A stretch of DNA of 64,000 bases, from positions 42,852 to 106,851 of the forward strand of contig JBDRRF010000067.1 of the NCBI GenBank assembly GCA_043825875.1. The letters run 5' to 3'. Below, in pieces: positions 1 through 10,052 of this stretch. Origin of the DNA: Pseudomonadota bacterium. GTDB taxonomy: Bacteria > Desulfobacterota > Desulfobacteria > Desulfobacterales > RPRI01. A program made the translations under genes and the position numbers. Each line of letters begins with the position of its first letter. Positions within the stretch are counted from its first letter, which is position 1. The notes under the pieces were generated by a model. It had not been told where the DNA came from. It was given only the letters and a program-made list of their open reading frames with translations, and made no database searches.

Positions 1-634
1 AATAAGCACTTATATTGGAAGTGTATGCAGCAAAAAGCTCTTTATTTTTTTTGTCAAGATTAAATATTTGCACTAACTGCCAATTTTTTCTCATATTGAA
101 TTCATCTGTTTTATGATATTGTTCCGCTAATATGAGAATCTGTTGCATATTCTTCAAAGATTCTGATGAAGTATTAGCGATTTTTTTTCTCAGTTGAGTT
201 TGAGGAACAAGAATCGCCACTATCCCAGTAGCTTTGGCACTGTTGTAGTTTAGTGTCTCAAAGCTTTCAGAAACTCTTCCGGCAATATCGTCTAAAGATG
301 TTGTTTTTGTTATTTTCACTAAATCCGTGAGAGCCTTTGTAGCGGCTATAGAGCTATTAAGATGCTTTGCAAAGTCATTGTATGTTAAAACTGCCGTTTC
401 ATCCACCTGATCAGAAGGGTCATCTCTTTGTTTCAGTAAATATTCCCGAAACAACGAGATTGCATCAGAATATTGAATTTCAGTTTTGTGTTCGGCGCTC
501 ATTACAGTTCCTACCATATTAATCACGACCATTAAAAAAGCTGAAACAACAAAGAGCAATACAAACGCTGCAATAGTAGAGGTGATAAACGCATAAATTT
601 TTTTGCCGATGGAATCCTTTATAGAAAGTTTCAT
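1..634 (-). CDS. Membrane-anchored sensor protein, 5' part only (runs off window start)
   Basis: Not in the ORF track. Manual translation from ATG at 634 (ATGA overlap with the upstream stop) is open to the window edge: MKLSIKDSIGKKIYAFITSTIAAFVLLFVVSAFLMVVIN..., an N-terminal TM followed by a helical extracytoplasmic-like region; lies in a signalling operon. Confidence 0.6.
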   Translation of the reverse strand, partial: MKLSIKDSIGKKIYAFITSTIAAFVLLFVVSAFLMVVINMVGTVMSAEHKTEIQYSDAISLFREYLLKQRDDPSDQVDETAVLTYNDFAKHLNSSIAATKALTDLVKITKTTSLDDIAGRVSESFETLNYNSAKATGIVAILVPQTQLRKKIANTSSESLKNMQQILILAEQYHKTDEFNMRKNWQLVQIFNLDKKNKELFAAYTSNISAY

Positions 635-2499
635 AGCTTAAATCTCTCTTCATTAAAAAGTTTAAGACAGGCATCAACAGCAGCCGGATCATAAAGGATG
701 CCCTTATTCCTGGAAATTTCATCCAGAGCTTTTTCGATTCCATGAGCAGGGCGGTAAGGACGGTGTGAAGCTATGGCCTCCACCACATCAGCTACGGCAA
801 GTATTCGTGACTCAAGAAGAATGTTCTCCTCTTTAAGGCCCTGAGGATATCCTGAACCGTTTATTCTCTCGTGATGTTGAAGAACGATTTGAGCCACAGG
901 ATATGGGAAATCTATAGTTTCAAGAATTTTATAACCGGCTGTGGCATGCATTTTTACAAGTTCAAATTCTATATTGTTCAGTTGTGATGGTTTGGTAAGA
1001 ATCTCCGATGGAACATTCAGTTTGCCGATATCATGTATAATTCCGGCCATTCTCAGTCCCTTGATCTGCACTTCGGTTAGTTTCATCTCCTTTGCAATAG
1101 CTACAGCCAGGCTTGTTGTCCTTTCCTGGTGGCCGGCTGTATACATATCCCGGTTTTCCACGATCATAGCCATTGCACGTACGATATCTTCTACGTTTTG
1201 TATCAGCCGTTCCTCTGCCTGTTTGCGTTTGCTTATGTCGGAAAAAATACCCTCATAGTATAGCAAAACACCGCTTTCATCTCTTACGGCACGCGCATTC
1301 TCTGATACCCAGGCTTTGGTTTTATCTTTGCGGTAGACAGGATATTCAAAATCCCTGACTTCACCATGGCTTTCCATAATACGGCTAAACTCGGCATAAT
1401 CATCAGGGTTAATATATACCTGATGGCAAATATCCGTAATATTTGTCATCAGATCCTGGGGAGAATCGTAACCAAACACACGGGCAAGGGCCGGATTGGC
1501 AGAAATTATTTTCCCATCCGGCAAACGCTGATAGATTCCATCAAGCATGTTTTCAAAAATCGAACGGTATTTTTTCTCACCTTCACGTATCTGTAAATAA
1601 AGTTGCGTTCTTTCCAGAATCGGGGAAATAATGCTGACAAGAATACCAAGCACATTCAACTGCCCCATCGTGAAATGGCGGTGGTTTTTTGTAATATTTA
1701 CATTCAGCACGCCGACTAGTTTGCCGCTTGACATCATTGGCATGGAAACAGACGTTTGAATGTCGCTGCGCTGCATGAAGGGCGTAACACGCGGGTCATT
1801 AACTTCTCCCCGCAACACCATGGGCTCAAGGTTGCGTGCCACCCATCCGGCAACCCCTTGCTCCAAAGGTATTCGCACCCCGATTTTTTCTGTACTCCCA
1901 TTGCCGCGTACTATAGCAACATAAAGCGCTTTACCGTCTGCTGTGGGCAGCATGATGGAAACTTCATCTGCCTCACACTGTAAAAGAGCAGCATCGGCTA
2001 CTCTATTCATAATTGAATCCAGATCGGAAGAAAAAGCTATAGCTTTTCCCAATTCATGAATAGCAACTGTTTCACGCAATTGCATGTTTTCTGTTCGCAG
2101 ACTACGCATCTGCATGGCACGGGAAAGTATAGGCAGAAGATTCTTCAGCCTGAAGGGTTTCTGAATGTAGTCGAAAGCTCCAGTCTTCATTGCTTCAACA
2201 GCAGTTTGTATAGTTCCATATCCTGTCATCACAATGCAGACAAGATTAGGATCAATTTCAAGTCCTGCACGCAGAAAATCTATTCCATTTATGCCCGGCA
2301 TCATCAAATCGGTTATGAGCAGATCGAATTCCTGTTTTTTAAGAGATTCTAAAGCTTCTGCTCCTTTGCAAAAACCCGCTGCTTCATAACCCTCTTCTAC
2401 TAGCAATTTACAAAGAGGTTCCATCATTCCGATTTCGTCATCCAAGACCAAAACACGCCCTGCTTTACCATTTGATTTCTCAGTTGTCATATTTTCCAT
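631..2499 (-). CDS. REC-GAF-PAS-HD-GYP response regulator / putative c-di-GMP phosphodiesterase
   Basis: Receiver motifs (VLDDE, TDLMMP, KPF), GAF (GVAGWVA...PM...GVLNV), PAS/PAC, HDIGK and HHERINGSGYP motifs. Confidence 0.9.
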   Translation of the reverse strand: MENMTTEKSNGKAGRVLVLDDEIGMMEPLCKLLVEEGYEAAGFCKGAEALESLKKQEFDLLITDLMMPGINGIDFLRAGLEIDPNLVCIVMTGYGTIQTAVEAMKTGAFDYIQKPFRLKNLLPILSRAMQMRSLRTENMQLRETVAIHELGKAIAFSSDLDSIMNRVADAALLQCEADEVSIMLPTADGKALYVAIVRGNGSTEKIGVRIPLEQGVAGWVARNLEPMVLRGEVNDPRVTPFMQRSDIQTSVSMPMMSSGKLVGVLNVNITKNHRHFTMGQLNVLGILVSIISPILERTQLYLQIREGEKKYRSIFENMLDGIYQRLPDGKIISANPALARVFGYDSPQDLMTNITDICHQVYINPDDYAEFSRIMESHGEVRDFEYPVYRKDKTKAWVSENARAVRDESGVLLYYEGIFSDISKRKQAEERLIQNVEDIVRAMAMIVENRDMYTAGHQERTTSLAVAIAKEMKLTEVQIKGLRMAGIIHDIGKLNVPSEILTKPSQLNNIEFELVKMHATAGYKILETIDFPYPVAQIVLQHHERINGSGYPQGLKEENILLESRILAVADVVEAIASHRPYRPAHGIEKALDEISRNKGILYDPAAVDACLKLFNEERFKL

Positions 2500-2523
2500 C
2501 GGCCAACCTCTTAAACAAAAAAA

Positions 2524-3900
2524 TTAAAACTCAAATCCCTTTTCATTAAAAGTCCTAAGACAGGCATCCACAACTGCCGGATCATAAAGAATGCCTTTTT
2601 TCTCCGAGATTTCCTCAAGAGCTTTGCCAACTCCCAAAGCCGGGCGGTAAGGGCGGTGGGATGCCATGGCTTCTACAACATCGGCAACACTCAATATGCG
2701 TGTTTCTAAAAGAATATCATCGCCTTTAAGGGCATTTGGGTAGCCTGAACCATCCAACCTTTCGTGATGTTGTAAAACAATTTGTGCAACCGGCCAGGGT
2801 AATTCTATATCTTTTAAGATATTATAACCGGCTTCCGGATGAGTCCTTATAAGCTGGTATTCAAGTTCACTTAATTTCGAAGGTTTGCTCAAAATATCGG
2901 CAGGAACCGACAACTTGCCTATGTCATGTATTGACCCTACCATGCCGATTCCCTCTATCTGCTGCGTTGGTAAATTCATTTCTGAGGCAATTGCCTCCGC
3001 AAGTTTGGCCACACGCCTCTGATGGCCGGATGTGTATGGGTCGCGGGTTTCTATCGTTAATGCCATGGTTTGAATAATGCCTTTGGTGGCTTTTTGCAGC
3101 CTTTCCAGGCTTTCTTTTAGGCTTTCTTTAAATTTTTTGTCTTCATCTATATTGATAATCAGACCGCGTAAGCCGACAATTTTATTATCTCTGATTATCG
3201 AGCGGCTTGAAGAACTTATCCAAATTGTTTCCCCTGTTTTTTTAACAATCCGGTATTCACTTGGTTCAAGACGGTTTGACAGCCTTTTTTCAAACTGCTT
3301 CTTAATATAGGGGAGATCATCCGGACAGATAAGCATAAATAATGAACGGCCGGTTATTTCTTCCTGACTATATCCTGTCAATGGCAGTATAGAGGGAGTG
3401 ATATAGGTAACAATCCCTTTGGTATCTACCGTATAAATTATATTGCTGATGTTTTCGACAAGCTCCCGGTATTTTTCCTCCGACTCTTTCAATGCGTTTT
3501 CACTTTGCGTTCGCTGTATTTTTAACTCCGATTCCTTCAAAGCCCTTTTAACTGCCTGTCCAAGCCGGAAAAGTCTTCCTTTAATAACATAATCAGTTGC
3601 ACCGCTTTTTAACGATTCAACGGCAATTTCCTCGCCTATCGTACCGGAAACAAAAATGAACGGCACATCAGGGCATCTTTTCAGAGCAATCTTCAGCGCG
3701 GACAGTCCGTCAAATGCAGGGAGTGTGAAATCTGCAAGAATCAGGTCCACGTTGTGGTTTTCTATTGTAAAAAGAAAGTCTTTTTCATTATCCACACGAA
3801 TAAATTCATACTCAATTCCTGCAGCAGAAAGGGTTTCCTTTATCAGCTCAGCATCAAGCAAATTGTCTTCAAGATTTAGAATATGTAAATTTTGTTTCAT
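2524..3900 (-). CDS. REC-PAS-HD-GYP response regulator / putative c-di-GMP phosphodiesterase
   Basis: LED..D receiver, ADFTLP, PAS, RDPYTSGHQRRV, HDIGK, HHERLDGSGYP. Confidence 0.9.
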   Translation of the reverse strand: MKQNLHILNLEDNLLDAELIKETLSAAGIEYEFIRVDNEKDFLFTIENHNVDLILADFTLPAFDGLSALKIALKRCPDVPFIFVSGTIGEEIAVESLKSGATDYVIKGRLFRLGQAVKRALKESELKIQRTQSENALKESEEKYRELVENISNIIYTVDTKGIVTYITPSILPLTGYSQEEITGRSLFMLICPDDLPYIKKQFEKRLSNRLEPSEYRIVKKTGETIWISSSSRSIIRDNKIVGLRGLIINIDEDKKFKESLKESLERLQKATKGIIQTMALTIETRDPYTSGHQRRVAKLAEAIASEMNLPTQQIEGIGMVGSIHDIGKLSVPADILSKPSKLSELEYQLIRTHPEAGYNILKDIELPWPVAQIVLQHHERLDGSGYPNALKGDDILLETRILSVADVVEAMASHRPYRPALGVGKALEEISEKKGILYDPAVVDACLRTFNEKGFEF

Positions 3901-3912
3901 AATAGTCAGTTG

Positions 3913-4356
3913 TTACAAATCCGGAGGAGATTCATTTATTATTGCCCAGAATAATCCAAGCATCTTGACTGCTCTAACAAATTCATTGAAATCTATAGGT
4001 TTTACAACATAGGCATTTACTCCCAGCTTATAGCTTGCAATCAGATCTTTTTCCTCATTTGATGATGTAAAAATAACCACAGGTATTAATCTGAGCTTCT
4101 CATCATTTCTGATTATTTTAAGCACTTCAAGCCCGTTTATTTTTGGGAGCTTAATATCTAAAAAAATGACCACTGGATTAACTGCAGAACGTGATGAATA
4201 TTTCCCCCTGCATTGCAGATATTCAATAGCTTCTTCCCCGTCACGGACCACATCGACCGGGTTTGCGATATTGTTTTCAGCAAGAGCTTCCATGGCCAGT
4301 TCCACATCATTAATATTATCTTCCACCAGTAGAATTCTTTTTAAAGCGATAGGCAT
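3913..4356 (-). CDS. Single-domain response regulator (Rcp1-like)
   Basis: LLVEDN, LDIKLPK.NG, TSS.EE.D...Y.LG.NAY..KP, C-terminal FW. Confidence 0.9.
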   Translation of the reverse strand: MPIALKRILLVEDNINDVELAMEALAENNIANPVDVVRDGEEAIEYLQCRGKYSSRSAVNPVVIFLDIKLPKINGLEVLKIIRNDEKLRLIPVVIFTSSNEEKDLIASYKLGVNAYVVKPIDFNEFVRAVKMLGLFWAIINESPPDL

Positions 4357-4433
4357 AGATTCTCCGTATTAGTTGCCAAAATAATTATCCGATTCCCGTA
4401 ATAATTGTTTGGTTAAGCATCAATCTTACTTTT

Positions 4434-7400
4434 TCACACCGATCCCTGTTGCCCCGGCAAACTAAAATAAAACGTAGCCCCCTTATCCACGGCTCCTTTG
4501 GCCCAGGTTTTCCCTCCATGCCGGTGTATTATCCTGCGAACATTAGCAAGCCCTATGCCTGTGCCTTCAAATTCCTCATCCCGGTGCAGACGCTGAAAAA
4601 CGCCGAAAAGTTTATCTACATATTTCATATCAAAACCAGCACCATTATCTTTAACATAAATACATATTTCATCTTTAATATCGGGCATACTTCCGATTTC
4701 TATAATAGCCATGTTTCTTTCCTTTGTAAATTTTAAAGCATTCGATATAAGATTTGCAAAAACCAGCTTTAACATGGCAGGATCTCCGGTAACATCGGGG
4801 AGGTTGCTGATTTTCCATTCGATATTTCTTGCTTTCGTTTCAATTTTAAAATCATTTATCACTTCGCTGACAAGGTTGCCGATATTTACATTCTTTTTCA
4901 TCATTTCAGTGCGTCCCATGCGTGAAAAAGAAAGAAGGTCATCAATAAGCGCTCCCATTCTGGCTGCCGAATCCTTGATAATTTCCAGATAGTGCCTGCT
5001 TTTTTCATCAAGCGATTGATTTATGCGTTTATCAAGCAGTTGCGCAAAGCCTGTTATATGTTGAAGTGGTGATCTTAAATCATGAGAAACAGAATAGCTG
5101 AAGGACTCAAGCTCTCTGATCATTTCTTCAAGCCTGGCTGTTCGCTCCTGTACTCGTTTTTCCAGCTCGGCGTTTAATTTCTGGATTTGTTTCTGAGCCT
5201 CTTTCTGATCCTCCACAATACTTAACAGTACATAACGCGATTCTTCGGCATCCTTAAGCAGTTTCTGTATTTCTTCATTTGCAGCAAGCATCTTCTCTTC
5301 CGCCTGCTTTTGCTTGGTTATATCCATTATATTGCCGAATACACGGGCTATCTTGCCTTCTTTGCGTTCGGCCTGTCCGGTCGTCCAGACCCATAGCAAT
5401 GTTCCGTCCGCCTTGGTGGAGCGTATGATAAGATCATAGGGTTCGCCATTTTCAAGAGCCCGCCGGAATGCTTCGTTAATTTTTCCCCGGTCTTCAGGAA
5501 AATAAAACTTTGTTTCAAAGTCAGGGTTGTTAGGATCGTATTCTTTTGATACGCCGTGAATATTATAAACTTCATCACTCCATAACATCCTTTTGCTTTC
5601 TACATCATATTCCCAGCCTCCAACATGGCTTATTTTCTGGGTTTCTTTAAGAAGACTTTCACTTTTTTTGAGGTTTTCCTCCGCTTGTTTTTGTGAAGTG
5701 ATATCTCCATGTATCCCAAGCATTTCTATCGGGTGGCCCTCATTGTCCCATTCAACAATCTTTCCTACAGAAAGAATCCATACCCATTCCCCTGATTTTG
5801 ACTGCAATCTGAATTCTGCTCTGAAAATTGGAAGTTTTCCCTGAATGCATGCTTCATATATTTTCATGACGTTTTGACAGTCGTCAGGGTGTACCTTTTT
5901 GAAAAATTCATCTATTGTTTCCAATATATCAACTGAACCCAGACCCGTCATGACAGAGTATTCAGGATCGGTATTTGCCTTGCCGGTTATTAAGTTCAAA
6001 TTATAAATGCCAAACTTAGCAGTCCTTAATGCCAGTTGCAGCCTATCTTTACTCTCGCGTAAGGTTTTTTCCGCAGCTTTTCGTTCAGAAATATCGGTAA
6101 TAAAGGCATAGTAGTAGTCCGGCAGGCCTTTTTCATCTCTTACAAGGTGAACTAACAATTCAACCGGAACACGGGAGCCGTCTTTACGAATATATTCTTT
6201 TTTATAACGTATTGGATTTCCTGTGATGTATAATTCTTTAAGAGCTAACCGTTCGGATTCAATCCATTCCGTATGTGTGAAATAGTTCGGTTGTTTAATA
6301 TTTTCAATCTCTTCCCTGCTGTAACCAAGAAGTCTTGCAAAAGCATTGTTGAATAAGCCGATACGACCGTTGGGATAGCCTACAGCAAAGGGTTGTGATG
6401 ATTTTTCAAGAAGATTTGCAAAAAAAGCGGTTTTTTGCCGGCTTTCATTAAGAGCTTCCGCTATGATGCGGCGTTCCTGTTCAGCTGTAAGCTGCTGTTT
6501 AAGACTACGGTTGTTTTGCTGTTTTAATATAAAACCTACACCTGTAAAAAAGAATAGAAGCAGAGTAAGTAATATTGCTCCGCTTTGCCAAGCCTGTTGG
6601 CGTGCAGCTGTATAAATTTCCTCCCGGTCTATTTTTGCCACCATAAACCAGTCTGTCCCTGGAATGTTTCGAATATCGGCAAGTACCGGCACATCGCGAT
6701 AGTCAATTCCTTCTATAATTCCTTTTTGCCCAGATACGGCCATAGCAGCAGGAAGGCTCATCTTCGAATCAAAAGGTATTCGCAATTTAAGCGCTGTGTT
6801 TTTACGGTGGCGCAGTTCATTTAAAAACAATATATTATTGCCTTCGCGTCGTACAAGAAGAGTTTCAGCACTATATCTGGCAGATGGCCATGTTTGAATT
6901 AAGGGATACAATAACTTATAGGGATCGATCTGTATCATCCAGGCGCCTTTTGCCCTGCCATCTTCGCCCTGTTTGATTCCTACCGGGATATATATGCTAA
7001 GATGAATATATTTCCAGGCATGGTCATCCCTGTGAAGATCTATGGGTAAAACAGTATCGGATAAAATAGCAGCCTGAAAATATTTGTTGTGCGAAATATC
7101 AAAAGCCGGCAAAGCTTTCGGAACAGATAAAAGCGGCATTCCCTTTGAATCGAAAAGAATCATCTGCTTGTATTCATGATTTTTCTGCCGGTTTTCCATC
7201 CATTCAAGCAATTCCTGCTGAAGAACAACATTTTTTGAACCAGACAGTAACTCTATGGTTTTTTCCTGAACTATTTGATTGTTTGAAATAACCTTGGCAT
7301 CTCTTAAATGATATTTATACCAGCTTTCAATCTGGCTGACTTTAAGATCTGCTACCGCAGAAATTTCTATTTGTGCCGCCTCTCTTGCTTCTGAAAACTG

Positions 7401-7541
7401 GCGTTTTATATCGAAATAACCCAGAATTGCTAAAGCAATAACCAGAAATATAAAGATTGCCGCAATTTCTGTCACAGACCAGCGGGGCGGTGAAAATTTT
7501 TGCTGTGCGGTAGTATTTTCTAAGGGTGTTTTCAGGTTCAT
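4434..7541 (-). CDS. Membrane-bound multi-PAS sensor histidine kinase
   Basis: Two TMs flanking a Cache-like region, three PAS/PAC repeats, H-box SYSVSHDLRSPL, N box NLISNALKF, G boxes DNGAGF and GTGIGL. Start placed at ATG 7541, just after the upstream stop (ORF track extends to 7598). Confidence 0.9.
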   Translation of the reverse strand: MNLKTPLENTTAQQKFSPPRWSVTEIAAIFIFLVIALAILGYFDIKRQFSEAREAAQIEISAVADLKVSQIESWYKYHLRDAKVISNNQIVQEKTIELLSGSKNVVLQQELLEWMENRQKNHEYKQMILFDSKGMPLLSVPKALPAFDISHNKYFQAAILSDTVLPIDLHRDDHAWKYIHLSIYIPVGIKQGEDGRAKGAWMIQIDPYKLLYPLIQTWPSARYSAETLLVRREGNNILFLNELRHRKNTALKLRIPFDSKMSLPAAMAVSGQKGIIEGIDYRDVPVLADIRNIPGTDWFMVAKIDREEIYTAARQQAWQSGAILLTLLLFFFTGVGFILKQQNNRSLKQQLTAEQERRIIAEALNESRQKTAFFANLLEKSSQPFAVGYPNGRIGLFNNAFARLLGYSREEIENIKQPNYFTHTEWIESERLALKELYITGNPIRYKKEYIRKDGSRVPVELLVHLVRDEKGLPDYYYAFITDISERKAAEKTLRESKDRLQLALRTAKFGIYNLNLITGKANTDPEYSVMTGLGSVDILETIDEFFKKVHPDDCQNVMKIYEACIQGKLPIFRAEFRLQSKSGEWVWILSVGKIVEWDNEGHPIEMLGIHGDITSQKQAEENLKKSESLLKETQKISHVGGWEYDVESKRMLWSDEVYNIHGVSKEYDPNNPDFETKFYFPEDRGKINEAFRRALENGEPYDLIIRSTKADGTLLWVWTTGQAERKEGKIARVFGNIMDITKQKQAEEKMLAANEEIQKLLKDAEESRYVLLSIVEDQKEAQKQIQKLNAELEKRVQERTARLEEMIRELESFSYSVSHDLRSPLQHITGFAQLLDKRINQSLDEKSRHYLEIIKDSAARMGALIDDLLSFSRMGRTEMMKKNVNIGNLVSEVINDFKIETKARNIEWKISNLPDVTGDPAMLKLVFANLISNALKFTKERNMAIIEIGSMPDIKDEICIYVKDNGAGFDMKYVDKLFGVFQRLHRDEEFEGTGIGLANVRRIIHRHGGKTWAKGAVDKGATFYFSLPGQQGSV

Positions 7542-7545
7542 GGTA

Positions 7546-8982
7546 TCAGTTATCAGTTGACGGTTGGCAATTATCAGGTTTTGGTAATGTATCAGCATAA
7601 CGTGGCGGCTGTCCTGCTTTTTCCAGCAGCTTGTTCACCTCGCGCTTTAATTCGATTACACGTGTTTCACGACCCAATACTGCTCTGTTCCAGCGTTCTA
7701 GTTCTTCGATTTTTCCACCAAGCTCCATATTTGTCCTGATTTGCTCTGTGATATCGCGTGCTGTTGAAAGTGCGCCTTTCACATTTCCATGTTCATCTTT
7801 TAACATCCGGCACCACCATTCCAGCAGCCGAATTTTACCATCTTTGCGTTTCTGCCAGCTTTCAAGATGTATAACATGTTCACTGCCGTTAAAAAGAGGG
7901 TCCACCTGATCGTAAGTATTCTGATTGCCTGTAAAATAAAAAGAAGCTTCTTTGCCTATAATATCTGTCCCGAAGAATTCTATTCCGGCATTGTTTGCCC
8001 AAGTATATACTTTATTGGCATCCACCTCCACGATAATATCGGGAATTGCCGAAAGAAGCGCCTTCTGGCGATGAGATAAAGCCTGCAATTGTCTTTCCGT
8101 CTGCTTTTGTGCTGTAACATCAACAAGCATGATCCGATTTCCGGTCGTACGGCCATCAACGCTTTTTTCAGGAACAGCTTGCAGCAAGGTATCTATTATT
8201 CTTCCATCACGTGTAAGAAGCCCGCAATCTTCACTTACAAAACGGTTTGAAAAAACCAGCCGGCAAACGCTGACTTCAAGTAATTCAATACACGATTCAG
8301 GCGTACAGAAGTCAGACAGAGGATGTTCCAAAACTTCGGAAATTGCATATCCCAGGGTGTTCAAAAAGGATTTGTTGCATTCAGCAATAACAGGAATACC
8401 TCCATTATTACGTGTAATAACATACATAACCGGTGCTTCTTCAAACAAACTACGATAACGCTGTTGGGATTCTTTTATTGCATCTTGTGCAAGTTTTCTT
8501 TCTGTTATATCTGTGGCAAAAACATAATAATAGTTCGGTTGGCCATTTTCATCTACCATTAAGTGAACAAGCAATTCGACCGGTACAAGCGTTTTATCTT
8601 TTCTTATATATTCTTTTTCGTAGCTTATCGGTCGGCCGGTGCGCTGTAGCTCTTCCAGGTTGGCTATTGTAATTTCCCGCCATTCGGGTGGAGTGAAATC
8701 CATAGCCCATTCAATCTTATTAAATTCCTTTATGTTCAACCCCAAAAGATTTGCGAACGCTTCGTTGCAGGATTTTGTTTTTGTGTCTGAGTTAACAATC
8801 AAAACAGGTTGGGATAACTTCTGAATAATTGCAGAGTACAATTCTACCTCTTTATGACTTTGCAGAACGGCTCCTTCAGCAACTGTGAGTTTATGTTTAG
8901 CCGTAAAGGCTTTTACAAGTCTGCGGATAGACGTAGTTTTGGGTAGAACAAAAGTCTTTTCAGTTTGCATTTCCGGTTTCAT
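7546..8982 (-). CDS. Cytoplasmic multi-PAS protein without catalytic output domain
   Basis: Three PAS/PAC repeats (DITERK, DVTAQK, DITEQ) and a C-terminal coiled tail ELERWNRAVLGRETRVIELKREVNKLL; GGAGG RBS before ATG 8982. Confidence 0.8.
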   Translation of the reverse strand: MKPEMQTEKTFVLPKTTSIRRLVKAFTAKHKLTVAEGAVLQSHKEVELYSAIIQKLSQPVLIVNSDTKTKSCNEAFANLLGLNIKEFNKIEWAMDFTPPEWREITIANLEELQRTGRPISYEKEYIRKDKTLVPVELLVHLMVDENGQPNYYYVFATDITERKLAQDAIKESQQRYRSLFEEAPVMYVITRNNGGIPVIAECNKSFLNTLGYAISEVLEHPLSDFCTPESCIELLEVSVCRLVFSNRFVSEDCGLLTRDGRIIDTLLQAVPEKSVDGRTTGNRIMLVDVTAQKQTERQLQALSHRQKALLSAIPDIIVEVDANKVYTWANNAGIEFFGTDIIGKEASFYFTGNQNTYDQVDPLFNGSEHVIHLESWQKRKDGKIRLLEWWCRMLKDEHGNVKGALSTARDITEQIRTNMELGGKIEELERWNRAVLGRETRVIELKREVNKLLEKAGQPPRYADTLPKPDNCQPSTDN

Positions 8983-9245
8983 AATGCCCTCCAAAAACCA
9001 AAGGTTAAACCAAGGTCATTCCCGGCACAGTATCCGTTGATGCTTTCTAAACTATATTATATACTTTTAAACATTTATGCTCAATATGTCAAACAATTAA
9101 TATAAGATACAGCAATTCCCGGTGGAATAAAATTTTTATTATAAGATCTATAGGCATAGAAAGAATTGATAAAGTATTATGGTTGAAAGACAATAACCAA
9201 TAATGTCTATAACAACATGAAATAAATTGAAAATGTTTCTTTCCA

Positions 9246-9274
9246 TTGACGATAATTTAATATTCTGTTAGTTT
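9246..9274 (+). promoter_or_regulatory. Putative sigma70 promoter for the DUF3842-cooT-ispH operon
   Basis: TTGACG-17 nt-TAGTTT. Confidence 0.45.
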
Positions 9275-9397
9275 AATGACAGTAATATTTGCATTATAAA
9301 ACTAATAACATGCTAAATAAATTAAAATGTGCTTATAAGAAAAGCTTATAAGCTAAAGTGTGTAAATAATAGTTGTTTATTATTTAACAAGGTATCA

Positions 9398-9865
9398 ATG
9401 CGTATGGAAGAAGAATTAAATATAAAACGAATTTGTGTAATAGACGGCCAGGGTGGCGGAATCGGAAGTGCAATCATCAAAAGACTGAGGGAAGTTGTTG
9501 TTGAGACAATTGAAATTCTTGCTCTTGGTACAAATGCCATAGCAACATCACAAATGCTAAAAGCCGGAGCAAATCGTGGAGCATCAGGTGAAAACTCAAT
9601 AGTTCATACCGTACAACAGGTTGACATTGTTATTGGGCCTATAGGGATAATTCTCGCAAATGCCATGATGGGTGAGGTAACACCTCAAATTGCACAATCT
9701 GTTTCATCTTGCAGCGCAAGAAAGCTTCTGCTTCCGCTTTCTCAGGAAAATGTTGAAATAATCGGGGTTTCTTCTTCTCCGCTTCCCCATATGATTGAAG
9801 AAATGATAGATAAAAATCTTAAAGAGGTTACAAAGCCAAAACAAAAGGAAGGTAAAAATGTGTGA
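9398..9865 (+). CDS. DUF3842-family protein
   Basis: VIDGQGGGIG...ALGTNAIATSQMLKAGA..GASGEN...ANAMMGEVTP signature. Start at 9398 or 9404. Confidence 0.8.
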   Translation: MRMEEELNIKRICVIDGQGGGIGSAIIKRLREVVVETIEILALGTNAIATSQMLKAGANRGASGENSIVHTVQQVDIVIGPIGIILANAMMGEVTPQIAQSVSSCSARKLLLPLSQENVEIIGVSSSPLPHMIEEMIDKNLKEVTKPKQKEGKNV

Positions 9866-10052
9866 AGCCAATGCATATCTTATAGAAGAGAATGACAATA
9901 AACTTATAATGGAAGCAGTCGATAGTGTTGAGCCTGAAGGTGATGGAATCAGACTTGTCAACATATTCGGAGATCAAAAATTCATAAAAGCCAGAGTGCA
10001 CTCTCTATCACTTGTAGATCATAAAATATTTCTAAAACCTCATAATTCGTAA
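9858..10052 (+). CDS. cooT: CooT-family nickel-binding protein
   Basis: 64 aa, starts MCEANAY, contains IFG and ends LVDHKI, typical of CooT. Confidence 0.8.
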   Translation: MCEANAYLIEENDNKLIMEAVDSVEPEGDGIRLVNIFGDQKFIKARVHSLSLVDHKIFLKPHNS

